Below, piece by piece: positions 61,501 to 64,000 of a DNA stretch of 64,000 nucleotides. Below the pieces are notes generated by a model. The model was not told where the DNA came from and ran no database searches. It saw only the letters and a list, made by a program, of their open reading frames with translations. Location of the stretch: contig OZ116698.1 in NCBI GenBank assembly GCA_964199315.1, positions 11,160,001-11,224,000 of the forward strand. The letters run 5' to 3'. The stretch comes from Orbicella franksi. Taxonomy: Eukaryota. Position 1 is the first letter of the stretch. Every line of letters starts with the position of its first letter. The position numbers were made by a program, and so were the translations under genes.

Positions 61501-62281
61501 ATCTCCAATCCAGTACTTCAAATTAATAGGAATTGTAGATGCCATACCAAAAGAATGGAGATTAATTATCAAAGAATCACATATTCAACATCAGCAACTA
61601 TATCCTCAACAGCATTTGGATACAGTGTATATTTATATCGACGAAACCAAATCGGATCTGTTAAAAGCCTCTTCAAAACTTTTGTATAAAGGATTTAAAA
61701 CAAAGAAACAAACTCCTCCAACCGCCAAAAGGAAGTTGAAGGACAAATATCCAGAGGTTATAGAAGACTGGAAAAAAATTTATTCTTTACCATTCACTGT
61801 CACACTTGAAACAAAAATTAGAGAGTTCCAATATAAATTATTAAACGATATAATTTTCACAAATGAGAGGTTATTCCGTTTTAAAATGATTGAATCACCA
61901 ATGTGCACCTTTTGTTTGAAAGAGGTCGAGTCCCTCGAACATTTGCTCTTTTATTGTGATACAACAAAAGACTTCTGGCGGGCTTTTTCTTCTTGGCTTT
62001 CAAACCAGAATGTATCTTTGGACACTTTGACATTTGAAAATATATTGTTTGGAGTGTTCAACAACAACGAAGACTTTATTATCCTGAATCACTTGATACT
62101 GCTAGGAAAGTTTTTTATTTATAAATGTAAATTAAATAAAATTAAACCAACATTAACAATATTTTTAGCAAAGACAAAAACCGTTTATTACATTGAAAAA
62201 AAAATAGCTACCAAAAATAACCAACTTTATAAACATTACAAAAAGTGGGAAAAACTAATGCCATCTCTTAATAATAGTTGA
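58583..62281 (+). CDS. L1/Tx1 ORF2p: APE endonuclease, reverse transcriptase, C-terminal CCHC finger (1232 aa from first ATG; frame open from 58487)
   Basis: FLQETY, NIYAPN, GGDFN, RLDY, SDH; PGSDG, DFEKAFD, GVRQGDPLSPLLF, FADD; CTFC-x8-H-x4-C. No internal stops. Confidence 0.95.
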   Translation: MKDKADIIFLQETYSTSEVENTWKSQWRGDLFFCHGSEHSRGVLTLVKEGLDCKLEVCKQDNLGRYIILKGLVQGQSFLFLNIYAPNKTNEQCIFYDEIQNEFDKLEIDTDCKIIIGGDFNVIRDPDLDGSGGSPKLKESSKKIENLCFSLDLIDIWRIRNPKLKRFSWRQKTPMIQRRLDYWLISNNIQEEVDKVDIIPAIRSDHSAITLYINGIENSTYGPSFWKFNASLSEDKEYVDLIRNKIGEWVDESREIEDPRVTWDYLKYKIRYETIGYSKKKAKERRSELVNLEIRLKECQRKCDEHPSAENLCDLEVLKSEYERHYDYITQGAIIRSRVSWYEEGEKNSKYFLNLESAKKKKTCIRKLSVDNDSYITEPKEIMKEIHDFYEKLYDRDSYNLGENSIDRFLNEVDTKKLSDEEKMTLDKQLTRSELYEALKTFPKNKTPGSDGLTVEFYLAFWHVVAKYLEKSLNFSHQHGQLSTSQKQAMITLLEKKDKDRRFIKNWRPIPLINVDVKIASKAFARRLEPILPELIHHNQNGFIKGRSTFDAVRTIDDLLELAKLTNTTGILMAIDFEKAFDSLDHTYLFKVLEKFNFGPYFLQWVKTFYTNISSCILNNGFTTDLFCIHRGVRQGDPLSPLLFILALEVLACQIRQDKTIQGIMVKNVEIKLTLFADDMTCFLKDTNAYSRLCTTLKVFSLHSGLRINDDKTEVFGIGPHKLVQNDFTHKVRKSIKILGTVFDYHKPSRDKANFDSIFKSIKKTLSMWKWRGLTLIGKIQIVKTFIIPKFLSKATAISISNDLVKEINRLIFGFIWKGNDKIKRTALINDIENGGLKMLDIESMISAQRVMILKKYLGESNSTWKTILDDFFFGNIGGKLILFCDFETSKLPVHLPIFYKECLEAFRNLKKFKVATYEDVVDQIIWNNRNIVIHGKSLFEKHLFTKGIVKIGDLLSDTGKFLESPRVLEANLSPIQYFKLIGIVDAIPKEWRLIIKESHIQHQQLYPQQHLDTVYIYIDETKSDLLKASSKLLYKGFKTKKQTPPTAKRKLKDKYPEVIEDWKKIYSLPFTVTLETKIREFQYKLLNDIIFTNERLFRFKMIESPMCTFCLKEVESLEHLLFYCDTTKDFWRAFSSWLSNQNVSLDTLTFENILFGVFNNNEDFIILNHLILLGKFFIYKCKLNKIKPTLTIFLAKTKTVYYIEKKIATKNNQLYKHYKKWEKLMPSLNNS

Positions 62282-62782
62282 GCTTAATTTGTAATTTCTC
62301 CTTCTCAGCATGTCACTAACTTACTTTCTTTTTTTTTTTTTTTTCTCTGTATTTGGGTAGCTGCACTATTGTAAACAACACATTGTATATTCTTTAGGTA
62401 TAATTAGGCTACGATTAGTAATTATAATTTGTTGTATGTAATCTATTGTAGTTATGACGTATTGTAAGTATTGTAACTAGTGTTATGTCTTGTGTTGTAT
62501 TGTATGTATTATAACCCAAAATGTTGAAAAAAAAATAAAAATTACAAAAAAAAAAAAAAAAAAAAAAAAAAGCGAAATAAAGGAGAGAAAGAGGCTTAGT
62601 GCGAGGAGAGAACGAACGCCAGGGGCAAACTTAACAAGTCGTGGTATACCCTCCGATTGGTCAATTTTGACAGGTTTTTTCAACGCTCGAGGGCTATTGA
62701 CATAGATCAGAGATGAGATATGGAAGCGGTTAAAGCACGGTCACACAAGTATTCAAATCTGTGAACAACGCGCTTGCAGATC

Positions 62783-62905
62783 TACCCTGGTCCCAGAGGT
62801 TTTACTTGATTTTTCTTTTCGCGACTCGTGTTTTCACTGCTTTGCGGCTCTCTAGCAGCTCTCTCATGCGGAGAAAAATTAAGCAAAACCTCTGGGACCA
62901 GGGTA
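62783..62905. mobile_element. 123-bp MITE with perfect 21-bp TIRs and 9-bp TSD
   Basis: TIR taccctggtcccagaggtttt / aaaacctctgggaccagggta; TSD ttgcagatc at 62774-62782 and 62906-62914; empty site ttgaggatc in the paralog at 40722-40730. Confidence 0.95.
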
Positions 62906-63009
62906 TTGCAGATCTGTCGCCTGGCGAGTCCTCTTTACATACAGTAGCACTCAGGTCACGCAAAAGTAGAAATATAAGGATTTGTATGGGAAAACGTTTA
63001 TATTCTTAA

Positions 63010-63229
63010 GGGCCCATTAATCCCGATAAGGTAATTTGCCTGGGAGCCTTTACATTTTTTCTGTATTAGTCACATGACCATGGGCGTGGCCTGATGAAGT
63101 CATCACTAGTGTTACTGATCATGAAAAAGTTAAAACACATGAAATAAATCTGAACTAACTAAAAATAATGAGGTTATATGAGAATAAATTTTCCTTAGCA
63201 ACGGCTCAAAAAGATCGGTTAATGGGCCC
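63010..63229. mobile_element. 220-bp MITE flanked by TTAA (Kolobok-like termini)
   Basis: ttaa|gggcccattaa ... ttaatgggccc|ttaa. TTAA on both sides with RR termini fits Kolobok better than piggyBac (superfamily inferred). Confidence 0.7.
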
Positions 63230-63631
63230 TTAAGCCTTAAAGATACGAAGTAATATACGATGGTATTTCAAACAGGAAATTTAAGACAAGGTGTACAAGG
63301 AGGAATCTTCCTATCTTTACCGACAACAACGGCTACACCAGCTCTCTCCAAACCTCTGGCAATATCCTTCAGTGATAACTACAAAAAACAGGTTAATTGT
63401 CATTTTGATGACTGTCGTATTGTACTAAGTTATTTATAAATAATTTGTGTTGGCTACGAAACTAGTGCAAATGGAAATTTTTAGGCTTCAAACACTGAAA
63501 CATTTGGAGATTGAAAGCAATATTGTGTTAAAATGGAAATGTACAAAGTGTAATTTTGATAGGTAACCATCATTTAGACAAGATTTGACCAGGTTTCCAT
63601 TTTCTGGTATCAAAATATTTTGCGATCAATG

Positions 63632-64000
63632 TCATTGTAGAGTGTATGGTTTCCAATCAAAAGTTTCCATCACCTCAACCCCTTTGTCTCGCATGCACTG
63701 CACTGCTTTTTCAACAGGCGAAATCATTTCAACATCAGCACCACCACAAGCGCAATGCGGATTGCGTGACGGTTCAACATCACCAAAATCCATGTACAAC
63801 TGTAGACAACTGGGGCACCTTGGAACGTAATTACGTTTTCTAGCTCCACACAAACTTAGATCCACTATAACTTGCAGACCTTTACTAGCAAAAGCCGTCT
63901 GAGTTCGCATAGCACTGACTCGCACACAGCTTGTAGTTGTGCAGCCACCCATCACTAAAGTATTGGTTCCCTGTTTGAGCAATTCCTGCTCAACCCATTC
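63632..64000 (-). CDS. 3' part of an isochorismatase-like (cysteine hydrolase) protein, runs off window end
   Basis: Frame open from 64000: EWVEQELLKQGTNTLVMGGCTTTSCVRVSAMRTQTAFASKGLQVIVDLSLCGARK...PVEKAVQCMRDKGVEVMETFDWKPYTLQ*. This fits the family pattern TLVxxGxxTxxCVxxSA...GxxVIVxxxxC...EKAVxxMxxxGVEV with the catalytic Cys retained. Confidence 0.72.
   Translation of the reverse strand, partial: EWVEQELLKQGTNTLVMGGCTTTSCVRVSAMRTQTAFASKGLQVIVDLSLCGARKRNYVPRCPSCLQLYMDFGDVEPSRNPHCACGGADVEMISPVEKAVQCMRDKGVEVMETFDWKPYTLQ

Larger units (their letters stand above)
57105..62571 (+). mobile_element. Full-length L1/Tx1-clade non-LTR retrotransposon (about 5.47 kb)
   Basis: TSD gcgaaataaaggag at 57091-57104 and 62572-62585 (up to 17 bp counting flanking A); G-rich 5' end, ORF1, about 350-nt spacer, ORF2, 3'UTR, 26-nt pure poly(A) at 62546-62571. 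Confidence 0.96.

Noticed and set aside
1-64000. tRNA, rRNA, CRISPR arrays or prokaryotic operons
   Set aside because: None seen; the only tRNA-like sequence is degenerate SINE heads, and the gene structures are spliceosomal.

Overview
Eukaryotic, AT-rich, intron-rich genomic DNA; gene content and repeat families point to a cnidarian, probably a stony coral (inferred, not proven). From left to right: an intronless STK35/PDIK1L-like kinase (+); a complete 17-exon WDR48/UAF1 gene (-); an orphan frameshifted arylsulfatase last exon (+); an intronless PRRT3/4-like multi-pass membrane protein (+); three intact 7-exon ARSB-like arylsulfatase genes (A and B on -, C on +); a 12.4 kb interval holding a 3-coding-exon gene for a 171-aa secreted protein that I do not recognise (-); a diverged duplicate of the 3' half of sulfatase C (copy D); a full-length L1/Tx1 retrotransposon with TSD and poly(A); and the 3' end of an isochorismatase-like gene running off the window (-). 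Also present are a dead PHD-APE LINE with a 2A-like motif, an L2/CR1 tail, a Penelope-type remnant with a minimal hammerhead-like fold, SINEs, and many MITEs, several with 9-bp TSDs. Exon boundaries, alignments and counts were done by eye; no database search was run. I see no single clear-cut new multi-gene system. The best leads are the secreted-protein gene, the Cys/His insert in the isochorismatase fold, the hammerhead motif and the birth-death/gene-conversion history of the sulfatase cluster.
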